From contig OX597816.1 in the NCBI GenBank assembly GCA_951406725.2, positions 151,404,001-151,468,000 of the forward strand: a stretch of 64,000 nucleotides of DNA, written 5' to 3'. This DNA is from Octopus vulgaris (lineage: Eukaryota). This document shows positions 27,083 through 41,325 of this stretch, in pieces (position 1 is the first letter of the stretch; every line of letters starts with the position of its first letter). The position numbers and the translations under genes are program-made. The notes under the pieces were generated by a model. That model did no database searches, had not been told where the DNA came from, and saw only the letters and a list, made by a program, of their open reading frames with translations.

Positions 27083-27258
27083 TACCTACCTACCTACCTA
27101 CCTACCTACCTACCTACCTACCTACCTACTACCTACCTACCTACCTACCTACCTACCTACCTACCTACCTACCTAACCACTTACCTACCTACCTACCTAC
27201 CTACCTACCTACCTACCTACCTACCTACCTACCTACCTACCTACCTAACTACCTACCT
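27083..27258. repeat. (ACCT)n microsatellite
   Basis: Direct reading. Confidence 0.95.
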
Positions 27259-27600
27259 GCATACATAATACATACATACATACCTATACATACATGTATG
27301 TATGTATGTGTGTGTGTATGTGGGTGTGTGTAACATATATCTATATATATATAAATGTATATGTGTGTGTATATATACATATATACATATACACACATAC
27401 ATGCATGCATACATACATGCACACATACATGCATACATACATGCATATACACATACATGCATACATATACACACATACATATAGCCTCTGATGAAATACC
27501 CAATTAACCAGTTTCAATACGAACATTTTAGATTAATGTAATTTAATTTCTCTAATTGAATTAATTGGCTATGGAAACGGCTGTAGGGATAAGAATTTCA

Positions 27601-28097
27601 TCTATATCTATAAAAGGCAGGATGTGTGTGTGTGTGTGTGTGAGTATGTGTGTGTGTGTGTGTGAGTGTGTGTGTGTACGTGAATGTAATTTATGCACGT
27701 CCACAAATTAGCACGCATGTCGCTCCAGTGTTAGGAGGACATTGGTCACGACCATGGCCGTGTTTTTGTCAACTTATTTTTCCCGACGCACCAGCGGATA
27801 GCGGTAAAAATCGATTTTCAACCATGACTTTTACCAATTTCCACGACGGTGAAATCCGTAAGTTTGCTAACATGAGTTAAGTCCCCTGTCTAACAATGGT
27901 GCAAAAGAAAAACAAAAGGTAAATGTTTAGATTAACACCCGCACGATTTTCACTAAGAAAAAAAAAAACTCGGAGTTTTTGCGTGGAATCAAGTACCCTG
28001 ACCTCCTAATATGCTACAAATCCCTTATTTTAGTTCGTAAAAAAGTGGGTATGGCGAGGACGAAAAATTATATCAGCGGAGAATGTTTGCACTCTAG
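27601..28097 (+). mobile_element. Probable non-autonomous Helitron (3' end uncertain)
   Basis: A|TCTATATCTATAAAAG followed by (TG)n, same start as 37887; candidate CTAG near 28094 lacks a clear hairpin. Confidence 0.45.
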
Positions 28098-31000
28098 CAA
28101 TTAACCGTTCATTCTATATTGTTTGTACAAAATGAAGTGCAAGATGTTCAGCATTTACTTTTTTCTAGACCTTACTACTCTGAAACAGAATAGCTTCAAT
28201 GCAAGCTTTGAACAGTAGCAGCTTAATTTCATCGAAGTAAAAGTGATGAAAATAAAGTAATTTCCAAATGAAGCAATTTTCAAAAAGTGACTCTAAAAAT
28301 TAAATGAATTAGGAAAAGGTGGGTAGTAGAGAGTACCAAGTCGACTGTTGACTTAGCAAATACTATATCAATTGCATTCTCGTTCGATTGCTTTAAGTAG
28401 TTTGATAAAATTGACTTCAGCTGAGAAGGAAATTAAAGAAAAGGTATAAAATCACCGCATGTTACGACATAAAGGTTATGTTACCGGCTTGGCTTTTGTT
28501 AAGTGTATCTCTTAACATCTGTAGACACTCTTCTGAGATTAAATTCAATGTAACTGTTATCAGTGAGCTGTTTTGTGCACACAGTTTTGACTATGACTTC
28601 TTTGAATAAAGTAAGATCTAAGCAGATCTTTATCAAGATAATTTGTTTATCGACTTCACGCTATTCTCTCTGGGATCCTACTCCCCAAGTTGCTTTAGAG
28701 CAGGACTAAATACATATCCTTATGGAAAATTAATTAACAAGCTTTTGTGTAGTAATTTAAGGCAAGCTTGACTGGTGAAATTTCGTGGTACCCTCTCCAG
28801 TTCTCCATGGTTCAATTATAACTCAAGACGGGAATTGAATCTGGCATTCATTATTGTTTACAAACGATAGTCTGTGTTTACTCATGACACTTTTACTCTA
28901 CTTGGATGGTTAGACTACGAAGAGAAGTTCATGGGGTACAAACCATCCGTAATCCTGCATGCTCATCGATAATGATTTAAAAACCTGGAGAAATACAAAA
29001 GAATGAAGTTCAGTAACAGCTGGGACAACAAATAAATCAACAATACATACAAAACCAGTCAAAATTGTTCATATTATATATGACAAGGTAGATAAGCACT
29101 AAATTAAATACCTCACCTGTTAAGGATAATGGGCATTGAATAAAAAATAAAGCAATTCGTTCCGGAAACACTCCTGTAAATATTGTTTAGTAAAGCTTCA
29201 GCGAATCTCAATAGCTCTTCGTCTCACCTGACTGCTCACCATCTAACACGCAAACTATCGTTTCAACGCTGTTTACATGTCATAGTCTTTTCTCTTCTTT
29301 CACCTGACTCGTAATAGATCGCTGTCTTCAGTGAAGTGGATATAAACCAATTAAGTAGTAAATATGTATTTCGGGTAATGGGGAATGGGACATCAAAAGG
29401 CAAATAAAATCGAAAGGACAATTAGATAAAATATGGTGTAACGGATAGAGACTAATGATTGGAATTAGCTTGGGATGAAGAACGTCAACTTTTTTGTGGG
29501 ACTGAAAAAGACTACCAGTTTGTCATAAGCATACAGATGTCTATTTTGAAGGCAAGTGCTGTCTGATGCTGATGTCAAATGTAATTTTCTGTGCCTTTGT
29601 ATACTTCTGTAAATGGTGATTTCAAGCAATTTCTAATAATTATTTAGACAATGTGCAGTTACGAAAACTTCAATGCAAGTTTTATCAAATGCTCTTTGTC
29701 CTTTTTCCTCTGGATGCAACGGACTCTCGCGAAGTCGTGGAATATTAGTTTTGTAGGTTAATTAGTGCTCTCTCTCTCTCTCTCTCTCTTACATTGGATT
29801 CGCTCCCAGGATTTCGCAACAGCCTTACTATTGATTGAATTCCATTAAGGTGAAGAATTTGAACTCATAACGCATCTCGTAAGGACCAGAACCTATACCC
29901 CAATGCACCTCGTCTAAAGTTCTAAAATTTCCACCAGTCTACCGCTCTAGATTACCACTTTATCAATCCCTAAAGAATGAATTCAAAGTGGAAAGCTCTG
30001 GAACTAGCACCATAAAATATTCTCTCAGGTGCTCTAATGACCCCGCCAAGTGGCCTCTTTTTCAACTCAAATTAATGAAACTGAGATGTTGGTTTCGTTC
30101 ATAAACTAAAATCGTGGGAAAGAAAAATCGAAAAGAAGATTCAAATTAAACTAGAAATTAAAACCGAACTTGAAATGAAATTCAATAAAAATTCATTAAA
30201 AAAATTAAATATTTGGTTTCAAATGCGAATTTCAGTTTCAGATTCTTCCCTAGAATTAGTTTTATAGAAACGAAATTTGAACAGCCGCTGCCAGATAATA
30301 ATGGTACAAGGCCAATAAGTTTCAGGATATATGTTAGTCAATGCCATTTACTCTATTACTTGACTGATACTTTATGTTATCGATCCGGAGGGATGAAAGG
30401 AAAAGTTGATATCCGCCATGTTTGGACTCGACACGTAAAGAGCAATTTTTTTTCCGACGCTTTAACTTTTCTATCAGTCTACTGCTCTCACATCTAAACA
30501 ATGGTATTCAATTTGGTAGAATGTCAACAGTTTTAAGAAGAAGGGGTTAATCAATGTCAGTGCTTGGTTGGTACTTTACGATCCTGAGTAGCGAAATGCA
30601 GAGATAACCTCGAGGGAATTTGAACGCAGAACGTCGGGAGGAGGAAGAAACACTGCAGATTATTTTTTCCGACGCTCTAACGATTCCACCTGCTCGCCGC
30701 CTTCTCATTCTCAAATAATTAACACAACAGAAAATTACTCTCATTACTACACACACACTCACACATACACACACACATACATGCATACAGAGCACATACA
30801 CATTATGTACACGCACAAATGACAGTAACATGAGCTGAAATTTTATTCCAGAATAGAATCTATTTATTCTATATTTATTTAAAATTGTTTGAAAATTGGT
30901 GAAATCTTCCTTCTTTCCAACGAACCAATAACCTGATTTATGTGTTCACTGAATACGTAATTCACTATTAACTACTGTTATATGTAGTATTTAATACCAT

Positions 31001-32051
31001 TACCTTTGACTGTATGTAGCCTTGAAAAGGCTAGCTCACTGTCAAAACGATTTATAGTTTAAATGTCTAGACACGCATTTATTTATTTTAAGTAGGTTTG
31101 CCAGCAACAGCGGCGAGTTAATACACTAACCAACTTAAATCAAGTTAAGCTAGCATCTAGTGTGTTCTTGAGTTGCTAAGGGTGTGAACAAATTATTTAC
31201 TTATCGACAAGGAGCTTGTTTCATTAAAACTCATGATGACTAAAGACAAAATTGAGAAGTACTTACCAAATATCAGATAGTATTTTTAATGACAATTGGA
31301 TTGATAACCAGTTAATTATCTAAACTTTCTTTAACATTTTGTCTAAAATGTCTTTTGGTTCACTCTTTATTATAAACTAAAATTTAAGTAGACTTTTGCT
31401 TCCATAAAGATCAGAAATTTAGGCGAGGAGTCAGACGATATCAACAATCCAAGTACTTGACTGGTACATTATCCACTCCAGAGTGATGAAAAGCAAAATT
31501 TATCTTGACAAGATTTGAACTCAAAACGTAAAGCGCTAGATCAAAATATAGTTTAATTTAACCGACCCGCTAATTCAGCCAATCGGCCGGCTAAGCGGAA
31601 GGAAGCATAATAAATGAAAGTTAAGTTTATTTCTATCTCGATGTAAAGGTATGTCTAAATCTTTCATTAGAGAACGATATTAGGTTGCAGGGCTGACCTT
31701 AGGGTTGTTGGTGCCCTGGACACAGCTAGAAGGCGGTATTTTTCATCGTGTTGTAGGCTAATGCTGTCGGCAATATGTGTTTTCTGTGGGGCCCGAGGGC
31801 AGCAAACAGAAGGACCGCCCCGGCCGGCACACACTTTAGCTACGCTAGTGCCTGGACATTCTGTATTTCGGGGCCCTTACATTTAATCATTCGTTGACAT
31901 GGAATAGAACCAACCCGCAAATGTGGATATAAAGTGTTTATCTATATATGGAATTGATGCATAAATTTATCCACGGTAGTTAAGACCTCAATTAATGACA
32001 CACCGTTGGACTTTAATACGCTGTTACAATGTAGTAAATCATGGAGGAACA

Positions 32052-32108
<57 letters not shown>

Positions 32109-32519
32109 ATCAGCTAAAACGATCACCGAGAGCAGCTTATTTTAGAGTAAAACACAGAAAAGCTTAATGATGTTTTATGCCAATGAAACAGCTGTTGAGC
32201 ACAAATTATGAACTGTATGTGCAGTTTATTCTTTTCTGTTTTTTCTATTCTCCATATAAAGAGTTTATATATATATTGCTTTTAGATCAACATAAACACA
32301 AACGAAATAGTATTCCATTTTCATGTTCAAAATTATAAACATTATATTAACGATAGTAAAAGGTTTTAAAAATAAAATTATAAAACTTATTAACAGAAGA
32401 AATAGAGTCAGCAAAAATGTATTCACAAGTGCGAAACTTATTTTTCTACATATATCCATGGAGAAGGGGTATAGAACATTGCTAGCTTCACTGTTGTCAA
32501 TTATTCAATCATCTGTGTA

Positions 32520-32850
32520 TTTTTATTTGTTTCAGTCATTTAGCAGGGACCATGCTGCAGCACCGCCCTGAAGGATTTAGTCGAACAAATCAACTCCAGT
32601 ACTCATTAAAAAAAATTCTGGTATTTATTCTATGAGCATCTTTTGCTGAACCGCTATGTTTGTTTACGGGGACGTAAACAAAATCCACATCGGTTCTCAA
32701 GCGGAGAAAGGGGATAACCCCCCCACACACACACACACGCACAAATATACGCGCACACCACATACACACGCACACATACACCACAGGATTCCACACAGTT
32801 TCCATCTACCAAATTCACTCGCAAGGCATTGGTCGGTGGGACTGAACGTG
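32520..32850 (-). mobile_element. CORE-type SINE (OR-like), 5'-truncated
   Basis: Reverse complement of the 22361 family body and tail. Confidence 0.8.
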
Positions 32851-33300
32851 AAATCATGTGGTCCATCATATAAATTCACGAAATTCAGTGAATAATTGAT
32901 CGCTTTATGTTCATAGATGGCATTTTGTATTGTACCTAATCCAACATATGAAGTCCGACCATCCGAAATCATTTTATGTAAACCTCGTAGAATCCATTAT
33001 ATCACAAAGCGTTCAAAGAGTTCGTACCGACAACCAACAACACCAATCAGGCAGTAATTGCTTGTTTCACGTTCAACTGAACCACCAATCATTGCTCTCT
33101 TTTGTCACTTTTATCTCTGATATTTTCGATTCATGTATATTGATTCATTGATCTCCACTTTTATTGGATATCTTACGTCATGTAATCTATCTTTGATTCT
33201 TATCGAGTTCGCAGGGTGGTGGGGAAAACGAATAGTGAGATCACAGTGTTTGTGAATGTTCCTTTCTTAGTCCCTTCAGTGTAGCTGATTCAGAGAGAGA

Positions 33301-33356
<56 letters not shown>

Positions 33357-33849
33357 ATATTGCCTGTACTAGACTGGTATTTTTCTATCGTCCCCGGATG
33401 GATGAAGAGTTCGGCGAGATTTGAACTGAAACAGCTGAAATAAATAGCACAAATTCTGTCAGATGTTCTAACGATTCTCACTGTTCGCCTCTTTGAAAAT
33501 TCAAAGTAATGACTCTACAAGGTTCAAACTCAGACCCAATTCCCGGCCTTTTTTAATTTACTCAACCACTGTGAACTTTTCTCCAGGTGCTGCTTGCAGC
33601 TGCACCAACAAGCTACTTGCTAATTATGTCAGTAAGAGAGTGTCTAAAGTATTAGACTGAAATAAGTTGAATAAGTGTTGGTAGGTTATGAACCGTTAAG
33701 TAGGAGATTAAATCGTAGGTTATTTTGTGATGTTTGTTACTGTATATATTCATTATATGGAAGAGTTGAACAGCGCCAGCTGAAGGTTCCGTCAATTCAA
33801 GTATTCGCCCGGGCTGCCATGTGTTAGGGACGTTACATTATGCTTGTGA

Positions 33850-34300
33850 TCTTTCAAACACAAAGGGAAAATTCGAAAATAAAAATAAAAAATGAATATA
33901 AAATGTGAAAATCTTCGAATGGAGTGAGACTTATTTTAAAATGTTGCAAATGTGAGGTCATGGCTGAACAAAACATTGCAAAAGAATTATTTCCAGATGT
34001 AAAGCTTCCTACTGTTAAATTCATCAATAGCAATAAGCCATAGGATGTCATGTTAAATCTGTGAGTTGCATCATGTGACATCAATAGTTGTGGCCTGAGG
34101 AGAAAAAAGCTTTAGTTTATTCTAAAGTATAATAAAGATATATTTACGGTCGTCCATGATATTAGATAAATTAAACTCTTCAGTAATTTTCTCAATAGAA
34201 AGTGACAACGTAAAAGAGAGTGATGTAGAAAGTGCTCTGAGTACATTGCCGATCTAAAGTCGCCGACAAAAAAGAAGACAAACAAATATTAGGATAATTT
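33850..34300 (-). pseudogene. Decayed MULE-type transposase fragment
   Basis: DATHRFNMTSYGLLLLMNLTV..GNNSFAMFC resembles the first catalytic D region of MULE (DxTH..N.Y.F.L.TL.V...G...AFC). Confidence 0.45.
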
Positions 34301-35681
34301 ATGTTTTTTCCCCCCACATCTGTTCATTTATTCATATTCTTTAATTTGGAGAAATTGTGTAATATCCAACGGCTTGTCTTAGAACTTTCTTTCATCCATC
34401 TTATCTTCCGCTCAGAGTTTGTCATAAAATATGTCGTGATCATTGTCTCTAATCTAAATACAAACTCCCCCTCTCTCCCTCTCTCTCTGTTTCTTCCTCT
34501 CTCTCCTCCGCCTTTACTCTCCTCCACATCCCTCAGTCCTCTTCCCTCTCTCTTTCTCCCCTTTTCTCTCTCTCATTCCTTTTCTCACCCCCTTTTACTC
34601 TTCTCGTTTTTCCCCATCCCCATCTTTCTTCCCCTCTCTCTCTGCCCCTCCGTCTCTCTCTGCTCCCCCCGTCTCTCTCTGCCCCCAGTCTCTCTCTGCT
34701 CCCAGTCTCTCTCCTTGCTATATTAACGAAAAGATTTGAAACTTTCGTGCTGAATTTGAATCGTTCTCTTTAGTTTATAAATTTAATTGCAGTCATTCCT
34801 CTTTGTGAAAATTTTTTTAAAGAAGCGACAAAATCCCGCTTGTCCCAGTCGCCAGTCAATCCTTTGGCCAGATCTGGCGGTGTACTTCAGTTCAAATATC
34901 TGCTCACTTATAAAGGAAAAATATGTTGTTATTTGAGGACATGATATAAAAACAAAAATATTTATAATGAGTTCTGCAAAGCTCAGACTGAGCTAGGAAT
35001 TTCTGATGTAGCAAAAAGGCGGGCTATAGATTCCATTCCTGAAGCAGCAGAGAAGGTTTCTTGGGGGCAGACTGGTTGTTTGCTGCTAAGATGCAAGATA
35101 GGACTTGATCAACCCTGACTGGATCAACTGAGCGAGGGGATCTGAAGTTGTAAGACTGGAAACCTCTTAAGACTCCAGAAACATCACTGATGGTGTCTTC
35201 CAGAGCATCCATGAGATGTATCTTGAAAGTAATAAACTGGAAGAAGCATTGTGTATTTCTTTATTATTTTAATATGCTTTACGATGGTAAAATAGGAATT
35301 AACGACAATTTTATTCCACTGATGTGAAACATCAGCTACTTCAATCTTACAAGCCCATTATCGAAATGATCGATCTACTAGAAATAGCAACAAAATCTTC
35401 TTGTAACTACCTCCTTCGTCTTAAAACTGAAGGATAAATTTTATAATGTAGCAGTATATATAAATACACAATTCGTTTATTCATTTACTAGTTTCAATCG
35501 TTGGACTGCGACCATGCTGGGGCACCACCAAGGGCTTTTAAGTTGATCACATCAATCTCACTGCCTCTTCAGTTTCGTATTTATTTTTTCGATTTCTACT
35601 TAACAAAAGGTTAAGTTACTGTTTTTGACATAAAAAGGATATAATACCGGTAATGCTAAACATAGATGCTCTCTCTCTCCC

Positions 35682-35715
<34 letters not shown>

Positions 35716-36789
35716 ATTTTGAAAAGTTTCCATCTAAGTTATTGGTCACTCTACGGCTTTAGTAGAAGAATTGCACAATGGTCCACGTTGTGGGATCGAA
35801 CCCGGAACCACATGGTTGGAAGCGAATGGTCTATAGGGGTAAACATTTGGATCAAACCCCCAGTTCCCTTCCCACTCATGTTTTTTACTGTAGTCATTTC
35901 TATGAATTATTTCCATTTCCAAGAAATCACAGATTAAGCAATTACTCTATGATTAAGCTACTGCTGAAACGAAGAAACCATAACCTCACAATCACAAATT
36001 TAATCGTAAAATAAACAATTTCTTTATCTTTAACAGTGTTTAATTAAAAAAACACACACAAAAATTTCCGCTCAGATACAAAATATTTAACGGTGAAAAG
36101 ACTGCTGGAATTACAATTTATATTTGTCTGGTTTAACAACAGCGATGAGGAGAAAAGCTTTGAGCAGAAAGAAATGCATACATGAGTATTGCAGTCATGT
36201 ATAATTCAGATGAGACAAAAGTTGTGAGAAGCTGATGATAATGAACAGATGAGAGGTATGAACTGAGGAAATGTATGAAGTAATGACACAGTTGCTACCA
36301 ATGTTAAATATTTTAAAAGTTCATGTATAACACATCAGTATGAATATTAGGCATCTCGATTTCAGGGGCTAAACTTTCTTTAAAATTCCACAGTGCTCTG
36401 TATAGCAAGCAGTGTTGCATTACTGCTACAAGAGTGTAAATCATCTAAGACAATAGCACAATATATTAGTTTTACTTTTAACTATTTCTTTTTATACGAG
36501 CTGGTAGAGTCGTTAACATGCTGGATAACATCCGTAGCGTTATTTCATTCGTCTTTACGTTCTGAGTTCGAATTCCGCTGAGGTCAACTTTGCCTACCAT
36601 CCTTTCGGAGTTGATAGAATAAGCACTAGTTGAGAACTGGGGTCGATGTAATAGACTTACTCACGCCCCCGAAATTCCTAGGCTTGTGCCAAAATTTGAA
36701 ACCAATGTCTCATTTTATATAAAACATATACATAAAAGAATGATCCAAAAATATAAAACTTTATTACATTATTTCTTTTATTATTATAA

Positions 36790-37020
36790 GGCGGCGAGCT
36801 GGCAGAAACGTTAGCACGTCGGGCGAAATGCTTAACGGTATTTCGTCTGCCGTTATGTTGTGAGTTCAAATTCCGCTGAGGTCGACTTTGCCTTTCATCC
36901 TTTCGGGGTCGATAAATTAAGTACCAATAACGCACTGGGGTCGATGTAATCGATTTAATCCCTTTGTCTGTCCTTGTTTGTCTCCTCTATGTTTAGCCCC
37001 TTGTGGGTAATAAAGAAATA
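36790..37020 (+). mobile_element. Full-length Nin-domain-like tRNA SINE with 18-bp TSD
   Basis: A box TGGCAGAAACGTTAG, B box GAGTTCAAATTCC; TATTTCTTTTATTATTAT at 36770-36787 and 37021-37038. Confidence 0.92.
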
Positions 37021-37669
37021 TATTTCTTTTATTATTATTAAAATTGGGTGGGGTAAAAGTTTGTTGCTTAATAACATGTATTTTATACACCCCTAATTTT
37101 AATCTTGATTTTGATGTAAGATTGCATACTATACATGAATTTTTACTGTAATTCTTTTCTCTCGCACAGAATCGTTATGCATGTCACGTCTCCATTCTCT
37201 CAATTGTGTTATATCAACAAGGAAGATTGTTGCTTAAGTTACGTGAGTTTAAACAGCAAGAAGACATATAGATATCCATCTTCTACCCATGTGAAGTAAA
37301 TGGTTGAGTAGAATAATTATCATTACCATCGAATCGTTGATGACTGGATCTCCTGATTCGCTCGAGTCACACTTAAGGCTAATGGATTCTATTTTATATT
37401 GGCCTTCCTCTAACTGAATAATTTTCAGTAAACAGTAAAAAGTATACGACTGAATTCGAATAAAGTCGATTATTAGTTAGATAAATCATCTAGAAGATCG
37501 GACAATCCTCAAGTTCGGCGATATAATGATATAAACTATGGTTTGAAATCCACTTAAGCAAATTCTGTTACGAAAAACATCTACTCTATCCTAAGAATAC
37601 ATTTGAATAATAATTGCTCTAGATGTCGCCTTACTTTGTTATATACATATATATATTCTTTTCTATTCC

Positions 37670-37872
37670 AGGCACAAGGCCCTAAATTTTGGGGGAGAGG
37701 GCCAGTCGATTAGATTGACCCCAGTACGCAACTGGTACTTAATTTATCGACCTCCCAAATAGATGAAAAGCAAAGTCGACCTCGGCGGAATTTGAACTCA
37801 CAACGTGACGGTAGACGAAATACCGCTAAGCATTTCGCCCGCCGTGCTAACGTTTCTGCCAGCTCGCCACCT
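37670..37872 (-). mobile_element. Nin-domain-like tRNA SINE
   Basis: Reverse complement of the 36790 family. Confidence 0.88.
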
Positions 37873-37886
37873 TATATATATATATA

Positions 37887-38504
37887 TCTATAACTATAAA
37901 AGTGAGTTTGTGAGTGTGTGCGCGCGCGCGCGTATGTTCCTTTGGCATTCCAAAACCGAAATGCAGATTTTGACGTATGGGGTATCAAAAGATTCTGTAC
38001 TATTTCGGATACCAATTAAACTTTATTTTCATTGACATATTTGCATTACAAAAATTTAAAATTAATATCTTTTACATAAGTCAACTATCGTAAATATCTG
38101 CTATCCTACATGTTTTTGGTGACAACGATTTCAGCATTGAAATATTGCGTTTCTAAATCTCTCAGAGATAGCAGCACGATAAAGTGATGTTATGTTGCCA
38201 ACTTAATGTGGTAGTCCCATGAAAAGGAAGAATGCTACTGCTATTTAGCCCTAGGAAAAGGTGTTTCCTATGGCCAAATAACAGTAACATTCTTCCCTTT
38301 CATGGGACTACCACATTAAGTTGGCAAAATAACATCACTTTAATTTCAGCATTTTTCATCACAAAATGACCGAAAAACATGTTTATAAAAAAGAGTTGTT
38401 TGCTTCACGCTATTCGCGTGCCGATTGTACACATAAGAAAGAAACAAATAATACAATGTGGATGTCGGTTATAACACCCGGGCAACGCCGGAATGCATTG
38501 CTAG
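37887..38504 (+). mobile_element. Non-autonomous Helitron
   Basis: A|TCTATAACTATAAAAG start; 3' hairpin CCGGGCAACGCCGG then CTAG|T; no TSD. Confidence 0.8.
38180..38342. mobile_element. Foldback (palindromic) insertion inside the Helitron
   Basis: TAAAGTGATGTTATGTTGCCAACTTAATGTGGTAGTCCCATGAAA.. mirrored by ..TTTCATGGGACTACCACATTAAGTTGGCAAAATAACATCACTTTA; arms about 75 bp. Confidence 0.85.
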
Positions 38505-38514
38505 TGTGTGTGTA

Positions 38515-38596
<82 letters not shown>

Positions 38597-38600
<4 letters not shown>

Positions 38601-38797
38601 ATCCAAACATGAAAACACACAGAGAAAACACAACAACACGAGGACGTGGAACAAGTATAGTATTATTGGACGCTCAGGAAAGAAAGGAAGAAAGAAGGTT
38701 TTACGTTTCGAGCGGAGCTCTTCGTCAGAAACATAGGAAAAGGATAGATCCAGAGAAGGGAAGACGGAGGAAAAAAAAATCGCCAACGGTACACACG
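38597..38797 (-). mobile_element. Penelope-like pLTR fragment beside (TA)n
   Basis: Homologous to 15625-15822; carries an intact minimal hammerhead. Confidence 0.75.
38698..38733 (-). ncRNA. Minimal type I hammerhead ribozyme (PLE-type)
   Basis: UGUUU CUGACGA A GAGC-UCC-GCUC GAAA CGUA AAAC: intact core, 4-bp stem II, palindromic ACGU in place of stem III, 4-bp stem I. Confidence 0.75.
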
Positions 38798-38946
38798 TAG
38801 TCACATTTTATTTTCATTGACATATTTGCATTAAGAAGTTTACTCTGCAATCACGTGGTTTCCATTGTTGTGCTGCCCCTTGGTCATGTGTCTTCAATTA
38901 TACCCCCGGGTCGACGAAGGACTTGCGAGTAAATTTGGTAGATGGA

Positions 38947-38994
<48 letters not shown>

Positions 38995-40031
38995 TCTCTC
39001 CCTCTCTTTCTCTCTTTCTCTTTTTCTGTCTCTCTGTTTATTATATCGTTATGATTTCTCGCCTCTATGCTCTTCGACGAAGTCTCTTGTGATATTTGTT
39101 CTGCACCGTGTATAATTACTCTTTGTAATTGTCAATGTCAGAAATACAGTAAATTAGTGATTGTTTCGTTGCCTACCGGTAACAAGCGTCGCTGTTGTTT
39201 ACTAAAGGTGATATAAAATAAACCATACAAGTATTTGTGTGTGTCTGTGTGTGTGTGTGTTAAATGCAAGCTTAATAAATGTCCAAATATTTTGTTATTC
39301 AAAGTGTACAAATAATGATCAAATATTGATGTCTTGATTTCAATCGTACCATTTTAAATTTACCAAAACCATCTTATCTATTGTATTATAAGCAAGGGGA
39401 AAAATGAATGAAAACAATAAAAAATATCTGACATACTTGATGTTTTCTTTTTGTCTTTTTGCAAGCTTGTTTCCGCCATTATATCTTCTGGAATTTTTTA
39501 ATTGCCCAACCATATTGGGTTTCTTCCGGCTCCTCAAAAGTGTTACATTACATTTGTCTGTCGACAATTTCTTTAACATAAAATTCATTTTTTTAAAAAT
39601 CTCACTTCACAGTTTTTTCACTGTTACAAACAGCCACAACTAATGAAGAAGTCTCTGTACAAATAATACTGAACTTATGATTCCTCTTGACTTTAGGTGA
39701 CACGTGATGGATTTTTAAAAAATAATCTCGTTGCAATATCATGTTATAAAGATGCTTAACTACAAACATTTATACAAAGACTGTAACATTTGTATACATA
39801 TGAAGCTCCAATAATAAGTTTATTAAAGAAACTAAAATTTCGATACGCCGGGCTAAAAACGTTCTACATTACTGTTTTACATACTTGTTCAACCAGCGAG
39901 AAATAGCAACCAAATGGCCCTCAAAACAAGCCTTGGTCTTAAATATATTAATTCTTAAGTAAGACATGATTATGGTTGAAACGCTTTTGAATACAGGTCT
40001 GCTGGTAGAGATGCATAATTTCCAATTCAGC

Positions 40032-41216
40032 TAGGGCTGCCAACCGAAAATTTTAAAAAGCATTATTTCGATAGTTAAAAAGCACTAAAAAGTACTAAAT
40101 AAAAGTGAAAAGTACAAAAAAACCCCCCAAAAAACTAAGCAAAAAAATTCATGGAAATAAACGTAAACATCAAAGTATCTATATTAAAAATGTCAATTCT
40201 AGTTAAATTAAATTGAAATTAACATAATTACTTTTATTTTTTAACTCCATAATATTTTTGAAGATATCCGAATCAATTTCTTTTTATGTAGAAGCTGAAG
40301 TTTCACATGATTTATAAGTACCCATGGATCCAGTTTTCCTTAACAGTTTGCTAGGTATTTTATAATCATAACCACACTTAGGGCTTCATTTTAAGTCTAT
40401 ATTTGATACTCAAAACTTCTCTTAGTGTTTCTATGCTTAGACAATTACGCTCATTTGGCTGAATATTATCCTCGTTAGCATATGTTTGTGAAATGAGAAG
40501 TGTTAAAGCAGACAAATGTTGAAACAGATTTCCTGCTGTCGAATCCCTATACAATCCATACCTTAATCCAGATAAAAACTATTTGAAGCCTGTGTCCATC
40601 GGACATTAACAATTGTTTTTCAATAAAAATCAATTTTTGTCAGAAACTCTAAATCTTCATTAAAATGTTTTTCAAGGTCTATAATTCCAGGCTTTATTGG
40701 TTTGAGATATTCTGCTACAGTAAAATAACCCATTGATTATAAAGGACGAAAAATATCTGGAAGATACTGTTTAATTTGCTCCGAAACGTCTTCAACAAAT
40801 TTTATGCATCAGCCTCTTATTCTCTTCGAGCTCAGTAAATCTGTACTCAAACCAAACGATGGCTTCGGATTTAAATAACCCCCCACTGAATCATTTTCAA
40901 TTACTTTCTTTCTGACATTTTAATTATTGAACAGGTTGAATTAATGAACTGCTGAAGATCCTTAAATAATTTAGTGGGATCTTGTGTTTCTGCTTCAATT
41001 TTTTGTTAACTCTTTGAACATCAGAAATTATTTGCTTTAAAAAGAGCAGAAAAAACGTAATTCTTCTTGCCACAAATTGTTCCTGCTTGAATTATGGACA
41101 TAAAATTCTGGTTATGATAAAAAAAAAAGACAAATTAAAAAAACACTGAAATTGTGTTGAAAGTTAACGGATTTTCAACTAAATTTAGTACGAAAAGCAC
41201 TAAATTGACAATCCTG
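40032..41216 (-). mobile_element. Internally deleted hAT DNA transposon with 8-bp TSD
   Basis: TIRs TAGGGCTGCCAA / TTGACAATCCTG; TSD AATTCAGC (40024-40031) vs AGTTCAGC (41217-41224); minus-strand FQHLSAL.LLI...ERNCLSIETLREVLSIK resembles the hAT dimerisation domain. Confidence 0.85.
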
Positions 41217-41290
41217 AGTTCAGCCTGGCGTTAATCAGTATCAACTAAATATGTATCAATACATAATTAAATGTGCCGCGATAGTTCCCA

Positions 41291-41325
<35 letters not shown>

